DNA of 64,000 nucleotides from an uncultured delta proteobacterium. GTDB taxonomy: Bacteria > Desulfobacterota > RBG-13-43-22. Below the pieces are notes generated by a model, which ran no database searches, was not told where the DNA came from, and saw only the letters and a list, made by a program, of their open reading frames with translations. The position numbers and the translations under genes are program-made. This document shows, in pieces, positions 48,998 to 58,348 of this stretch; position 1 is the first letter of the stretch; every line of letters begins with the position of its first letter. Location of the stretch: the NCBI GenBank assembly GCA_963843145.1, contig CAWJJC010000025.1, positions 32,001 through 96,000 on the forward strand. The letters are read 5' to 3'.

Positions 48998-50950
48998 TTG
49001 GTTAGTCTTGCTCACCTTATGGGATACCGGGAACTGACCGCCTTACTGATCCTTCTCCCTTTTATCACCGCGCCGCTTTATTCTCTGTTCCAGGCGAAAA
49101 AGATTCAGTCCTTCGGGGTAATTTCCACCGGGATCCTTTTGGGACTGGGGGCACTGTTCATGATCCCCCAGGTCCCTTTTTCCTTTTCACCGGAATCTTT
49201 GGGGCCGCTGAAACCGGCGACCCTGATCGAAGCCGGTGACTTTGCCCTGCTCCTGCTCTTCCTTTATTATGGTTTTAGGCATCGCCACCGGCTGATTCAA
49301 ATGCTCTCCGGGCTTCAGATCCTGCTGCTGATTTTTATCCATCTCTATTTTCCTCAAGCGGATCCCAGTTACCCGGTCTTTCTCTGCGACCGCCTGGCAC
49401 TCCTTTTAATCTTGATCGTCTCCCTGATCGGTTCGGTGATCGTCTGGCAGGCCCTGCCCTACTTGGAGAATCACGAAAAACACCTCCAAATCAAGAAAAC
49501 GCGACGGCACCGTTTCTTCCCGGTGCTCATCCTTTTCCTGGGAGCCATGAATGGGGTCGTCCTGTCCAATGACCTCCGCTTCTTCTATTTTTTCTTCGAG
49601 ATCACCACCCTCTGTTCTTTTTGGCTGATCCTGCATGACCGGACCGCGGAGGCCCTGACCAATGCCCTCCAGGCCCTCTGGATGAACAGCCTGGCCGGAT
49701 TGGCCCTGTTAGTGGGTCTCCTGGCCTGTTTACTAGATTACGGAACGCTGGACCTCCAGGGGATCATTCAGCGGGGGTCTGCTGGCCTTTACGGAATCCT
49801 GCCCCTGACTTTTCTTTGCCTGGCCGCTTTCATCAAATCCGCCCAATTCCCTTTTCAGAACTGGTTGCTGGGGGCTATGGTGGCCCCCACCCCGGTCTCC
49901 GCCCTGCTTCATTCCAGCACCATGGTGAAAATCGGGGTTTATTTCATCCTGCGGTTAACCCCGGCTTTTCAGGGAACGTTTCTAAGCTACGGCATCGCCC
50001 TTTTCGGTTCCTTTTCCTTTTTGGCCGCCGCCGCCCTGGCGGTGGGCCAGAGCAACGGTAAAAAAGTCCTGGCCTATTCCACCATCAGCAACCTGGGTCT
50101 GATGTTCGCCATGGCCGGTCTGAACACTCCGGAGGCGCTGAGCGCCGGGCTACTGCTGATCCTCTTCCACGCCTTGACCAAGGCCCTGCTGTTTCTCTGC
50201 GTCGGGGTGATTGAACAGCACCTGGACAGTCGGAATATCGAAGATATGGCCGGCCTTTATGCCCGGATACCCCTGACGGCCCTGATTACGGTAATGGGGA
50301 TCATCATGATGATTATGCCCCCCTTCGGCTTGGTCCTGGGCAAATGGATGGCCTTCGAAGCGGCCTCCCGAAACCTATCGGTCATCGTCCTGCTCACCGC
50401 CGGCAGCGCCCTGACTGTGGTGTATTGGGCCCGCTGGGCGGGGACCTTGATGGGTCATCCCCTTTCCGGACCCCTGATCCCCGAGAAACAGCCGATCCCT
50501 ACCTGGACCGCGTTGGGGGCCCTCGGTCTCGGCGGCCTGGGCCTGGGCGTTGCCGCTCCCTGGGTTTACGAGTGGCTGCTCACCGGGACTTTTCTGCAGA
50601 ATATTCCACTTTCCTATACCATTCACCAAGGCACACTGGAAAATCGGTACGGGGCCTTTGCCGTTTTGCCCTTGTCCCTGGTCGCTTTTCTGGGCCTCTG
50701 GGTCTCGGTCTTCTTCCTTCACTGGGCGCGGAAAGGAAAAATCAGCCCCCCATACCTGAGCGGCCTGGAAACGGATTACCCCGGAATTTTTGTCGGTCCC
50801 CTGAACCTGCCGGTTAAGGCCGAAACGAAAAACTATTACTTGTCCACCCTTTTTAACGAAAAGCGGGTCACCCTTTGGGTGAATCTGGCGGCGGGCGGCC
50901 TGTTGATTTTAATCCTGGCCGGGGGAGTATCATGCGTCTGGTCCTCTTAA
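48998..50950 (+). CDS. echA: Ech hydrogenase antiporter-like subunit A
   Basis: KSAQFPF.NWL.GAMVAPTPVSALLHSSTMV; KKVLAYSTISNLG. Confidence 0.85.
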   Translation: MVSLAHLMGYRELTALLILLPFITAPLYSLFQAKKIQSFGVISTGILLGLGALFMIPQVPFSFSPESLGPLKPATLIEAGDFALLLLFLYYGFRHRHRLIQMLSGLQILLLIFIHLYFPQADPSYPVFLCDRLALLLILIVSLIGSVIVWQALPYLENHEKHLQIKKTRRHRFFPVLILFLGAMNGVVLSNDLRFFYFFFEITTLCSFWLILHDRTAEALTNALQALWMNSLAGLALLVGLLACLLDYGTLDLQGIIQRGSAGLYGILPLTFLCLAAFIKSAQFPFQNWLLGAMVAPTPVSALLHSSTMVKIGVYFILRLTPAFQGTFLSYGIALFGSFSFLAAAALAVGQSNGKKVLAYSTISNLGLMFAMAGLNTPEALSAGLLLILFHALTKALLFLCVGVIEQHLDSRNIEDMAGLYARIPLTALITVMGIIMMIMPPFGLVLGKWMAFEAASRNLSVIVLLTAGSALTVVYWARWAGTLMGHPLSGPLIPEKQPIPTWTALGALGLGGLGLGVAAPWVYEWLLTGTFLQNIPLSYTIHQGTLENRYGAFAVLPLSLVAFLGLWVSVFFLHWARKGKISPPYLSGLETDYPGIFVGPLNLPVKAETKNYYLSTLFNEKRVTLWVNLAAGGLLILILAGGVSCVWSS

Positions 50951-51780
50951 CGGCTTTCGGTCTGCTGACGGCCCCACTCCTGGGCGGCCTGATTATCGGT
51001 CTGGACCGAATCCTCACCGCCCGGCTACAGTCCCGAATCGGCCCGCCGCTTTTCCAGCCTTTTTATGACCTGGGCAAGCTCTGGCAAAAGGAAAGGACTA
51101 TCGCCAATCCTTGGCAGGCCTTTTGCGCCCACGGCTATTTGGCCGCCGCCTCCATCGCCCTGGCCCTGTTCGGGCTGCAGTCCGATCTACTGCTCATCCT
51201 CTTCGTTCAGGCCGTGGGCGCCCTGTTTTTGGTTATCGGGGCCTTTTCCTCCGGTTCTCCCTATAGCCAGGTGGGTGCCCACCGGGAGCTACTGCAGATC
51301 CTGGCCTATGAACCGCTCCTGCTGTTAGTGCCCGCCGGCTTCTATTTGGAGACCCACAGTTTTAAGATCATCGATCTCTATCAATGGAACGAACCTCTTT
51401 TGTTACGGTTACCCCTTTTGTTTCTGGTTCTCCCTTTGGTCCTGACCATAAAACTGCGCAAATCACCCTTTGACCTCTCCGCCTCTCATCAGACGCATCA
51501 GGAATTGGTGCGGGGAATCTTGACCGACTTTTCCGGTCCTTATTTGGGACTGATTGAACTAGCCCATTTTTTTGATATCGTCCTCGTTCTGGGGGTCTGT
51601 TCGCTCTTCTGGGCCAGCGGTTGGGCAGGGATGATCGCTTTACCGGGAGCCGTTTTTGCTTTTCAGATCATAATCGATACGGCCTCGGCCCGGATGAACT
51701 GGCGCTGGATGTGGGCCTGGGCCTGGGGGATCGGATTCCCGCTTTGTTTGATCAACTTGATTTGGATTGCTCGGGGATAG
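50932..51780 (+). CDS. echB: Ech hydrogenase subunit B (NuoH-like)
   Basis: DRILTARLQSRIGPP.FQPFYDL.KL; KSPFD.S.SH..HQELV.G. Confidence 0.85.
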   Translation: MRLVLLTAFGLLTAPLLGGLIIGLDRILTARLQSRIGPPLFQPFYDLGKLWQKERTIANPWQAFCAHGYLAAASIALALFGLQSDLLLILFVQAVGALFLVIGAFSSGSPYSQVGAHRELLQILAYEPLLLLVPAGFYLETHSFKIIDLYQWNEPLLLRLPLLFLVLPLVLTIKLRKSPFDLSASHQTHQELVRGILTDFSGPYLGLIELAHFFDIVLVLGVCSLFWASGWAGMIALPGAVFAFQIIIDTASARMNWRWMWAWAWGIGFPLCLINLIWIARG

Positions 51781-51787
51781 GCGGGAA

Positions 51788-52255
51788 ATGGGATCCATTC
51801 ACTCTTTTTTTCAAAAGTCCCGGATCAAATCTCCCTGGCTGCTCCATTATGACTGCGGGAGCTGCAACGGCTGCGATATCGAGGTCCTGGCCTGTCTGAC
51901 CCCGGTCTATGACCTGGAACGCTTCGGTATCATCAATGTGGGCAACCCCAAGCACGCGGATATTTTCCTGGTCACTGGGACCGTCAATCCCCGGAACCGG
52001 AAGGTCTTGCTTAATCTTTACCGGCAAATACCCGTCCCTAAGATCGTGGTGGCCCTCGGCTCTTGCGCTCTCAGCGGAGGAATTTTCCGGGAGGCGTATA
52101 ATGTCATCGGAGGTGTGGATCAGGTGATCCCGGTGGATATTTATGTGCCCGGCTGCCCCCCCAGGCCCGAATCCATTATCGACGGAGTGCTCTTGGCCCT
52201 TAACCAATGGGCTCCTCAAAATAAACCCCTTCCGGGGCAGGATAACCCCGGATAA
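51788..52255 (+). CDS. echC: Ech hydrogenase small subunit C
   Basis: GSCNGCDIE; GSCA.SGG; VPGCPPRPE. Confidence 0.9.
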   Translation: MGSIHSFFQKSRIKSPWLLHYDCGSCNGCDIEVLACLTPVYDLERFGIINVGNPKHADIFLVTGTVNPRNRKVLLNLYRQIPVPKIVVALGSCALSGGIFREAYNVIGGVDQVIPVDIYVPGCPPRPESIIDGVLLALNQWAPQNKPLPGQDNPG

Positions 52256-52267
52256 GATCGGTGCGTC

Positions 52268-52630
52268 ATGCCTGACGAAATGATTTCCGTCACGATGGAA
52301 CGATTGATCCCGGAAACCACCCGGCTGAAAAACGAAGGCCACCGCTTGGTGACCCTGACCTGTAGTGTGTTGCCGGAAGAGGGCTGGCAGATTATTTACA
52401 CCTTCGACCGGGATTATGAAATGGTGCATTTGTCCTTAAACGTTCCCCGAGGGCGGGAGGTACCCAGCCTTTCCTCCGTATTCTGGGCCGCCTTTTTGGT
52501 GGAAAACGAGATCCAGGACTTGTTCGGCCTGCGCTTTTCGGCGCTGATCATCAACTATCAGCGCACCTTTTATTTGGAGGATCAGGCCCAGGAACCTCCT
52601 TTTGGCCGGCAGCCCGGTAAAGGCGACTGA
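52268..52630 (+). CDS. echD: Ech hydrogenase subunit D (NuoC-like)
   Basis: RLVTLTC; VPSLS; ENEIQDLFG. Confidence 0.85.
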   Translation: MPDEMISVTMERLIPETTRLKNEGHRLVTLTCSVLPEEGWQIIYTFDRDYEMVHLSLNVPRGREVPSLSSVFWAAFLVENEIQDLFGLRFSALIINYQRTFYLEDQAQEPPFGRQPGKGD

Positions 52631-52633
52631 TTT

Positions 52634-53710
52634 ATGCCCCAATCCATTATTCCTTTCGGCCCACAACATCCGGTTCTTCCCGAACCAATTCACCTTACGC
52701 TGACCTTCGAAGATGAGATTGTTACCGAAGTTCAGCCGGCCCTGGGGTTTGTCCACCGGGGGTTGGAAAAGATGGTGACCATCCGAGATTTTCAGCAAAT
52801 CCAACAGGTGGTGGAACGAGTCTGCGGGATCTGCTCCATGATCCATGGGATGTGTTATGCCCAGGGGATGGAAAAAATGATGGGAGTCGACGCCCCTCCC
52901 CGAGCGCGATTTCTGAGGGTGGTCTGGTCGGAGCTACACCGCATGCAGAGCCATCTTCTCTGGTTGGGCCTGTTTGCCGACTCCTTGGGCTTCGAAAGCC
53001 TTTTCATGGAATGTTGGAAAATCCGGGAAAAGATATTGGAGGTGAACCAGGCCACCACCGGCAACCGGGTGATTATCTCGGTAAACGTCATCGGCGGGGT
53101 CCGGAGGGACCTTAGTCCCGGACAGATTGACTGGATACTCCGTACTATCCAGGAGGTGGAACAGGAGTTTAAGGCGGTTCAATCCGTCTTTCTCAAGGAC
53201 TACACCATCCGGAAGCGAACCATTGGCCAAGGGGTCCTGACCCGCGAACAGGCCTACGCCCTGGGGGCGGTTGGACCCACGCTTAGAGGCAGCGGCGTGG
53301 CCCTGGATGCCCGGAAACTGGGATATGCCGCCTTTAAAGAACTGGATCTGGAGCCGGTGGTGGAAAGCGATGGAGATTGTTTCGCCCGATTGAAAGTCCG
53401 CCTCCGGGAGGTGCTGCAGTCGGTAGACCTGGTCCGACAGGCCCTTTCGCGCCTGCCCTCGGGGGAGGTGCGGATCAAGGTGAAGGGATTTCCTTCCGGA
53501 GAAGTTTTTTCTCGGGTGGAGCAGCCCCGGGGAGAATTGTTCTATTATATCAAGGCAGGCGGCCAGAAACACTTGGACCGCCTGCGTATCCGGACCCCGA
53601 CCTTCGCCAACCTGCCGGCCCTGCTGACCATACTGCCGGGCATGGTTTTGTCCGCTGTGCCGGCGGTCGTTCTATCCATTGATCCCTGTATCAGTTGCAC
53701 GGAAAGGTAG
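52634..53710 (+). CDS. echE: Group 4 [NiFe]-hydrogenase large subunit EchE
   Basis: PFGPQHP; L1 ERVCGICS; L2 DPCISCTER with no C-terminal extension. Confidence 0.92.
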   Translation: MPQSIIPFGPQHPVLPEPIHLTLTFEDEIVTEVQPALGFVHRGLEKMVTIRDFQQIQQVVERVCGICSMIHGMCYAQGMEKMMGVDAPPRARFLRVVWSELHRMQSHLLWLGLFADSLGFESLFMECWKIREKILEVNQATTGNRVIISVNVIGGVRRDLSPGQIDWILRTIQEVEQEFKAVQSVFLKDYTIRKRTIGQGVLTREQAYALGAVGPTLRGSGVALDARKLGYAAFKELDLEPVVESDGDCFARLKVRLREVLQSVDLVRQALSRLPSGEVRIKVKGFPSGEVFSRVEQPRGELFYYIKAGGQKHLDRLRIRTPTFANLPALLTILPGMVLSAVPAVVLSIDPCISCTER

Positions 53711-53726
53711 GCCAAGGCGAAATCGA

Positions 53727-54083
53727 ATGTTTAAAATGACCCCCCTGCTCCTCCGAAACCTGTTAGCACCCAGGGCCACCCGCCCTTATCCCCGGGAGGT
53801 TAGACCGGCCCTGGAAGGGACCCGGGGAAGGCTCTTTATTCGGATTGAGGATTGTATCTTCTGCGCCCTGTGCGCCCTGAAATGCCCTTCTCAATGCCTG
53901 GCGGTCGATAAACAACAAGCCACCTGGCGTTATGATCCCTTTATCTGCGTCTATTGCGGAATCTGTGTTGAGACCTGCCCGGCCCATTGCCTCTACCAGG
54001 ATCCAAGCTTCCCGGAACCGGCCGAGAGGAAAGAGGCCATTCTTATAAAAGGGGCGCTAAAAAAAAGCCTGCCGAAAAGATGA
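53727..54083 (+). CDS. echF: Ech hydrogenase 2x[4Fe-4S] subunit F
   Basis: CIFCALCALKCP and CVYCGICVETCP. Confidence 0.88.
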   Translation: MFKMTPLLLRNLLAPRATRPYPREVRPALEGTRGRLFIRIEDCIFCALCALKCPSQCLAVDKQQATWRYDPFICVYCGICVETCPAHCLYQDPSFPEPAERKEAILIKGALKKSLPKR

Positions 54084-54200
54084 AAAAGGCCTCGAGGGCT
54101 TCGAGGGCTGGATGATCGGGTGTCCGCTCTACGATCGGGACATAATCGCCGAGATGAAGACCTTTCTTTTTCTGAATCGAGATATTATTCTTGACATTAT

Positions 54201-54216
54201 ATTCCTTAATGGTTAT
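54201..54216. promoter_or_regulatory. Candidate ArsR operator 4
   Basis: ATTCCTTAATGGTTAT next to TTGACA (54191). Confidence 0.55.
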
Positions 54217-54250
54217 ATATTGATCTAATGTAATTTGGGAGGTTCCGATC

Positions 54251-55327
54251 ATGGAAGAAAATTCAGGGTGTGCCTGTTCCATAAAAGTTGATGAGATTCC
54301 CCAGTTAAACGGTCTGAGGAGAAAAGGCATTTATCTTGGTCTGGGGTTAGTCGGGTGGTGGCTCATCTATCAGCAGTTGCTTTCGGTCGCCCAGTGGATA
54401 ACCTATAGCCTGTTCGGGCTGGACCGCGGGACCCATTTAGCTGAAGCAACCGCCTTCTTCCTCTATGATGTGCCCAAGGTATTCATGCTTTTGATATTGA
54501 TTGTTTTTGGAGTAGGCCTCCTTCGTTCCTTCTTTACCCCCGAAAAGACCCGAGACATCCTGGCCGGCAAAAGGGAATCGGCGGGCAATGTGCTGGCCGC
54601 CCTGCTGGGCATCGCCACCCCTTTTTGCACCTGCTCCGCCATACCCCTGTTTATCGGATTTGTGGAAGCGGGTATCCCTTTGGGAGTCACCTTTTCTTTC
54701 CTGATCTCGGCCCCCATGATCAACGAAATCGCCCTCGTCCTGCTCTACGGACTTTTTGGTTGGAAGGTGGCTTTCCTCTACCTGGGAACCGGCCTTTCCA
54801 TTGCCATCTTCAGCGGCTGGGTTATCGGCCGGCTCCACCTGGAGAAACAGGTGGAGGACTGGGTCTACGAAATCCGCTCCGGCCTCCGGCCGTTGGTAAT
54901 GGACACCCTGACCTGGTCGGGCCGGATCGGCTATGCCGTCCAGGCGGTCAAGGATATCGTCGGCAAAGTGTGGATATATATCGTCGGAGGGATTGCCGTG
55001 GGGGCCGCCATCCACGGCTTTGTGCCGGTGGGGTTCATGGCCTCCATTATGGGTAAGGAGGCCTGGTGGTCTGTTCCCCTGGCTGTGGTTTTAGGAGTTC
55101 CCATGTACTCCAACGCCGCCGGGATCATTCCCATTGTCCAGGCCCTGCTGGGCAAAGGGGCCGCCCTGGGTACCGTCCTGGCCTTCATGATGGCCGTCAT
55201 CGGGTTGTCACTGCCGGAGACCATTATCCTGAGAAAGGTCCTCAAGCCGGGTTTGATCGCCGCCTTTATCGGGGTGGTCTCAACCGGGATCCTCCTGGTT
55301 GGATTCCTGTTTAACGCCATTATCTAA
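54251..55327 (+). CDS. DUF318/ArsP-family permease
   Basis: TPFCTCSAIP; SFLISAPMINE; GVPMYSNAAG; LSLPE. Confidence 0.9.
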   Translation: MEENSGCACSIKVDEIPQLNGLRRKGIYLGLGLVGWWLIYQQLLSVAQWITYSLFGLDRGTHLAEATAFFLYDVPKVFMLLILIVFGVGLLRSFFTPEKTRDILAGKRESAGNVLAALLGIATPFCTCSAIPLFIGFVEAGIPLGVTFSFLISAPMINEIALVLLYGLFGWKVAFLYLGTGLSIAIFSGWVIGRLHLEKQVEDWVYEIRSGLRPLVMDTLTWSGRIGYAVQAVKDIVGKVWIYIVGGIAVGAAIHGFVPVGFMASIMGKEAWWSVPLAVVLGVPMYSNAAGIIPIVQALLGKGAALGTVLAFMMAVIGLSLPETIILRKVLKPGLIAAFIGVVSTGILLVGFLFNAII

Positions 55328-55372
55328 CGATCCGTCCTCAGGCCATTGAATCCCACTCCTGGCGCTGAGGCT

Positions 55373-55441
55373 GGCGGCCACGGAGGTTTGATTTCAAACT
55401 ATGCGGCCTTGAATTGTGGCCACCCGCCCAAAAGGACGAAC
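55373..55441 (-). repeat. Dispersed ~75 bp repeat copy
   Basis: Reverse complement GTTCGTCCTTTTGGGCGGGTGGCCACAAT...TGAAATCAAACCTCCGTGGCCG. Confidence 0.7.
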
Positions 55442-55526
55442 AACCGAAATCATTTCACCCCCCGCTCCCCCTCCTTCTCCAAGACAGCGGTTCCCTTGTC
55501 CCATCAGGCAGCGTGATCTAAATGAT

Positions 55527-55625
55527 TTAGGCTATGCGAAAGCCTTTCAACATCCGCCTGGAAATGATAAAGTAGGTAATTCGATAATCCGGATCGATAT
55601 GCATGATTTCTAATTGTTCGTTCAT
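55527..55625 (-). CDS. Putative 32-aa small protein
   Basis: AAGGAGGAGG RBS; MNEQLEIMHIDPDYRITYFIISRRMLKGFRIA; sigma-54 motif upstream. Confidence 0.55.
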   Translation of the reverse strand: MNEQLEIMHIDPDYRITYFIISRRMLKGFRIA

Positions 55626-55685
55626 GGCCTCCTCCTTAATCAGGTCTAAAGGTTGGGGATAAGTACCACGTTGTGTCAACTAGTA

Positions 55686-55701
55686 TGCAAGGTAAATGCC
55701 A
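55686..55701 (-). promoter_or_regulatory. Sigma-54 (-24/-12) promoter
   Basis: Minus strand TGGCATTTACCTTGCA, GG-N10-GC. Confidence 0.65.
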
Positions 55702-55892
55702 GCGAATACGGTCCTCTCTTCAACCTATTGAAAAAATTTACGTTTTCTAATTCTTTAACGTCCTGATTTATTCTACGCCAAGGCCTATCCTTTCGATGTG
55801 CATGGTTTATCAGCCACTATCCAGAGAACCGTGCATCATCAAGTGTTTATAAAGAGGCCGCTCGCCTTTTTGTGCCGGCGTCGTTTTTCTGC

Positions 55893-55921
55893 TTGACATA
55901 TATACCACAACGTGGTATTGT
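55893..55921 (+). promoter_or_regulatory. Sigma-70 promoter with palindromic operator
   Basis: TTGACA-N17-TATTGT overlapped by ATACCAC-aac-GTGGTAT. Confidence 0.7.
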
Positions 55922-55958
55922 TCGTCAATAAAATAATGAAAACGGTCAAACCGCCACC

Positions 55959-56354
55959 ATGCAAAGCGAAGAACTGATCAAGATCCGTCAGGAGATGGCG
56001 AGGACCCAGAAGGAGATGGCCATTCTTTTGGGAACTTCACTGAAGGCCATCCAAAGCTATGAGCAGGGCTGGCGGCCCGTACCGGATCACCTGGAAAGGC
56101 ACTTGTACTTCCTCTTGGTTCTAAAAAGAATCAAGATGATCCAACCCTGCTGGGTAATTAAAAACTGCCCCACTGAAAATAAGGAAAAATGCCCCGCCTG
56201 GGAGCTTCAAAGCGGCCACTTATGCTGGTTTATCAACGGCACCGTCTGCCAGGGGAAAATCCAGAAAAATTGGAAAACCAAGATGAATACCTGCAAGCAA
56301 TGCGAGGTTTTCAAGCCGGTGGTCTGCAAAGAAATGAGCCCCTCAATTCCTTAA
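55959..56354 (+). CDS. XRE-HTH regulator with Cys-rich two-CW domain
   Basis: TQKEMAILLGTSLKAIQSYEQG; CW..KNC......CPAW......CW..NGT.C...CKQC. Confidence 0.85.
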   Translation: MQSEELIKIRQEMARTQKEMAILLGTSLKAIQSYEQGWRPVPDHLERHLYFLLVLKRIKMIQPCWVIKNCPTENKEKCPAWELQSGHLCWFINGTVCQGKIQKNWKTKMNTCKQCEVFKPVVCKEMSPSIP

Positions 56355-56400
56355 GGAAATCCCAGACTTTTTGAGGCCCGAGCCGGGAAAGCCGACTGAA

Positions 56401-57348
56401 ATGAGATCCTCCCCAAAATGCCAACTTGAATGTTCTTTTAATGCCTCCCTGGATTCGTCTAGTCGCGCTTTTCCATTCGTAGCCCGAGATTTACTCCAGG
56501 AACCATCCCTTCCCCATCCGGAAGGGCCCGAAACCCTGATTCCCCGGCCCAGCCCGGAAGCCGTCATCCACCTGGCGGATATCCTCCGCAAGATCATCTT
56601 CCCCGGCTATCTGGAGGCCGGGCCTCCGGACCCCGACACCCTGCAAAAAAGGCTTGATCTTGACATCCAGGGCCTTTACACCATTCTGGTAGAACAAATC
56701 CGTTTATCCTCTCCCCACGAATGCAGGCTCCTTGGCCGTCTTTGCACCGCTTGCCGGGATCGCAGCCATGGCCAGGCTTCCGCTTTTATTCAAAGTCTTC
56801 CAGTGACCCAAACCCATATTTATAAAGATATTCAGGCCGCCTATGAGGGCGATCCGGCGGCCAAAAGCTGCACCGAAATTATTTTAAGCTATCCGGGACT
56901 GTTGGCCATAACTATGTACCGATTGGCCCATACACTCCATACGCTGGGCATCCCTCTGCTGCCCCGGATGATCACCGAATACGCCCACAGCCTTACGGGT
57001 ATTGACATCCATCCCGGAGCCCGGATCGGGGAGTGTTTTTTCATCGATCATGGAACCGGGGTAGTGATCGGAGAAACCACGATCATCGGCAACCGGGTGC
57101 GCCTCTACCAGGGGGTGACCCTGGGCGCCCTCTCCCTGCCGCCAAAGGCCGGGGACCTGTTCCGCAACAAAAAGCGCCATCCAACCATCGGGGATGACGT
57201 CATTATCTACGCTAATGCCACCATTCTCGGCGAAGCCGTCATCGGCGCTGGAAGTGTCATCGGCGGCAATGTCTGGTTGACGGAAAGCGTCCCGCCGGGC
57301 ACCAAGGTCATTATGAACCGGCCGGACCTCATTTATTTAAAAAATTGA
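56401..57348 (+). CDS. cysE: Serine O-acetyltransferase (EpsC type; start uncertain)
   Basis: GDPAA; YPG; [25 protein letters not shown]; YQGVTLGA; KRHPT. Confidence 0.92.
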   Translation: MRSSPKCQLECSFNASLDSSSRAFPFVARDLLQEPSLPHPEGPETLIPRPSPEAVIHLADILRKIIFPGYLEAGPPDPDTLQKRLDLDIQGLYTILVEQIRLSSPHECRLLGRLCTACRDRSHGQASAFIQSLPVTQTHIYKDIQAAYEGDPAAKSCTEIILSYPGLLAITMYRLAHTLHTLGIPLLPRMITEYAHSLTGIDIHPGARIGECFFIDHGTGVVIGETTIIGNRVRLYQGVTLGALSLPPKAGDLFRNKKRHPTIGDDVIIYANATILGEAVIGAGSVIGGNVWLTESVPPGTKVIMNRPDLIYLKN

Positions 57349-57361
57349 AAGGAGGAGTTTC

Positions 57362-58336
57362 ATGGCCTTAAAAATTTCATCCGATCGATCCGATCCCAGC
57401 CCTCCGAAGGGATCTGCCCAGGGGAAAGGGGACCAAGATTCCAGGCAGCGCCAGACAAAATCTGCTGCGGAGGCGACGGGGGCCGACTTGGAACGCCGGA
57501 ATTTTATTGGCCGTTCGCTGGCGGCTATCGGTGGCCTGGGGATCTTGGGGTCATTGACAGCCAAGTCTGCCTTGGCCCTGGAAACCGCCCCTGAGGCCAA
57601 ACCGCTGGACCATCCGAAGAGCTTTGCCGAGGGCAGCACCCTGGAGCGGATGCGGACAGAACTTTTGAAAGCCATGAAAAAGCCCGTCCGGGAGCGCAAA
57701 TGGGTGATGGTGATTGATCAGCAGAAATGTATCGGCTGTAAGGCCTGCACCGTATCCTGCTGCACGGAGAATAATCTCCCCCCGGGCGTGGTCTACCGGG
57801 TGGTGCCCGAACAGGAGGTAGGGCAGTTCCCCCATGTGCGCAGGATCTTTACCCCCAGACCTTGCATGCAATGTGACAATCCGCCCTGTGTGCCGGTCTG
57901 CCCGGTCACGGCGACCTGGAAGAGAGAAGATGGGGTCGTCGTCATCGATTATGAGGTATGTATCGGTTGCCGCAACTGCGTGGCGGCCTGTCCGTATAAC
58001 GCCCGCACCGCCGATTTCGGAGAGTTTTATGGGGCCTCTACCCCGGCGATTATGAATTATGAAACACGGCCCAACTACGAGTACAGCAAAAAGTGGCGGA
58101 GGGATCCTCACCGGGAGGACTCCCCCATCGGAAATGCTCGGAAGTGCCATTTTTGTCTCCATCGGCTCCGCGAGGGTATGCTCCCGGCCTGCGTCACGAC
58201 CTGTGTAGGTGGGGCCACCTATTTCGGGGATTACCATGACCTTTACAGCCTGGTCCATGAGCTTATAGGTTCTTCTCGGGTCACCCGTCTGAAAGAAGAA
58301 CTGGGAACGAACCCTTCTGTTTATTACCTGGTTTAA
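57362..58336 (+). CDS. TtrB/PsrB-like 4x[4Fe-4S] subunit
   Basis: Tat motif ERRNFI; CIGCKAC; [15 protein letters not shown]; [13 protein letters not shown]; KCHFC...PACVTTC. Confidence 0.9.
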   Translation: MALKISSDRSDPSPPKGSAQGKGDQDSRQRQTKSAAEATGADLERRNFIGRSLAAIGGLGILGSLTAKSALALETAPEAKPLDHPKSFAEGSTLERMRTELLKAMKKPVRERKWVMVIDQQKCIGCKACTVSCCTENNLPPGVVYRVVPEQEVGQFPHVRRIFTPRPCMQCDNPPCVPVCPVTATWKREDGVVVIDYEVCIGCRNCVAACPYNARTADFGEFYGASTPAIMNYETRPNYEYSKKWRRDPHREDSPIGNARKCHFCLHRLREGMLPACVTTCVGGATYFGDYHDLYSLVHELIGSSRVTRLKEELGTNPSVYYLV

Positions 58337-58348
58337 AGGAGAAATCTT

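Noticed and set aside
52634-53710. [NiFeSe] hydrogenase
   Set aside because: The L2 motif DPCISC is encoded by TGT/TGC; there is no TGA.
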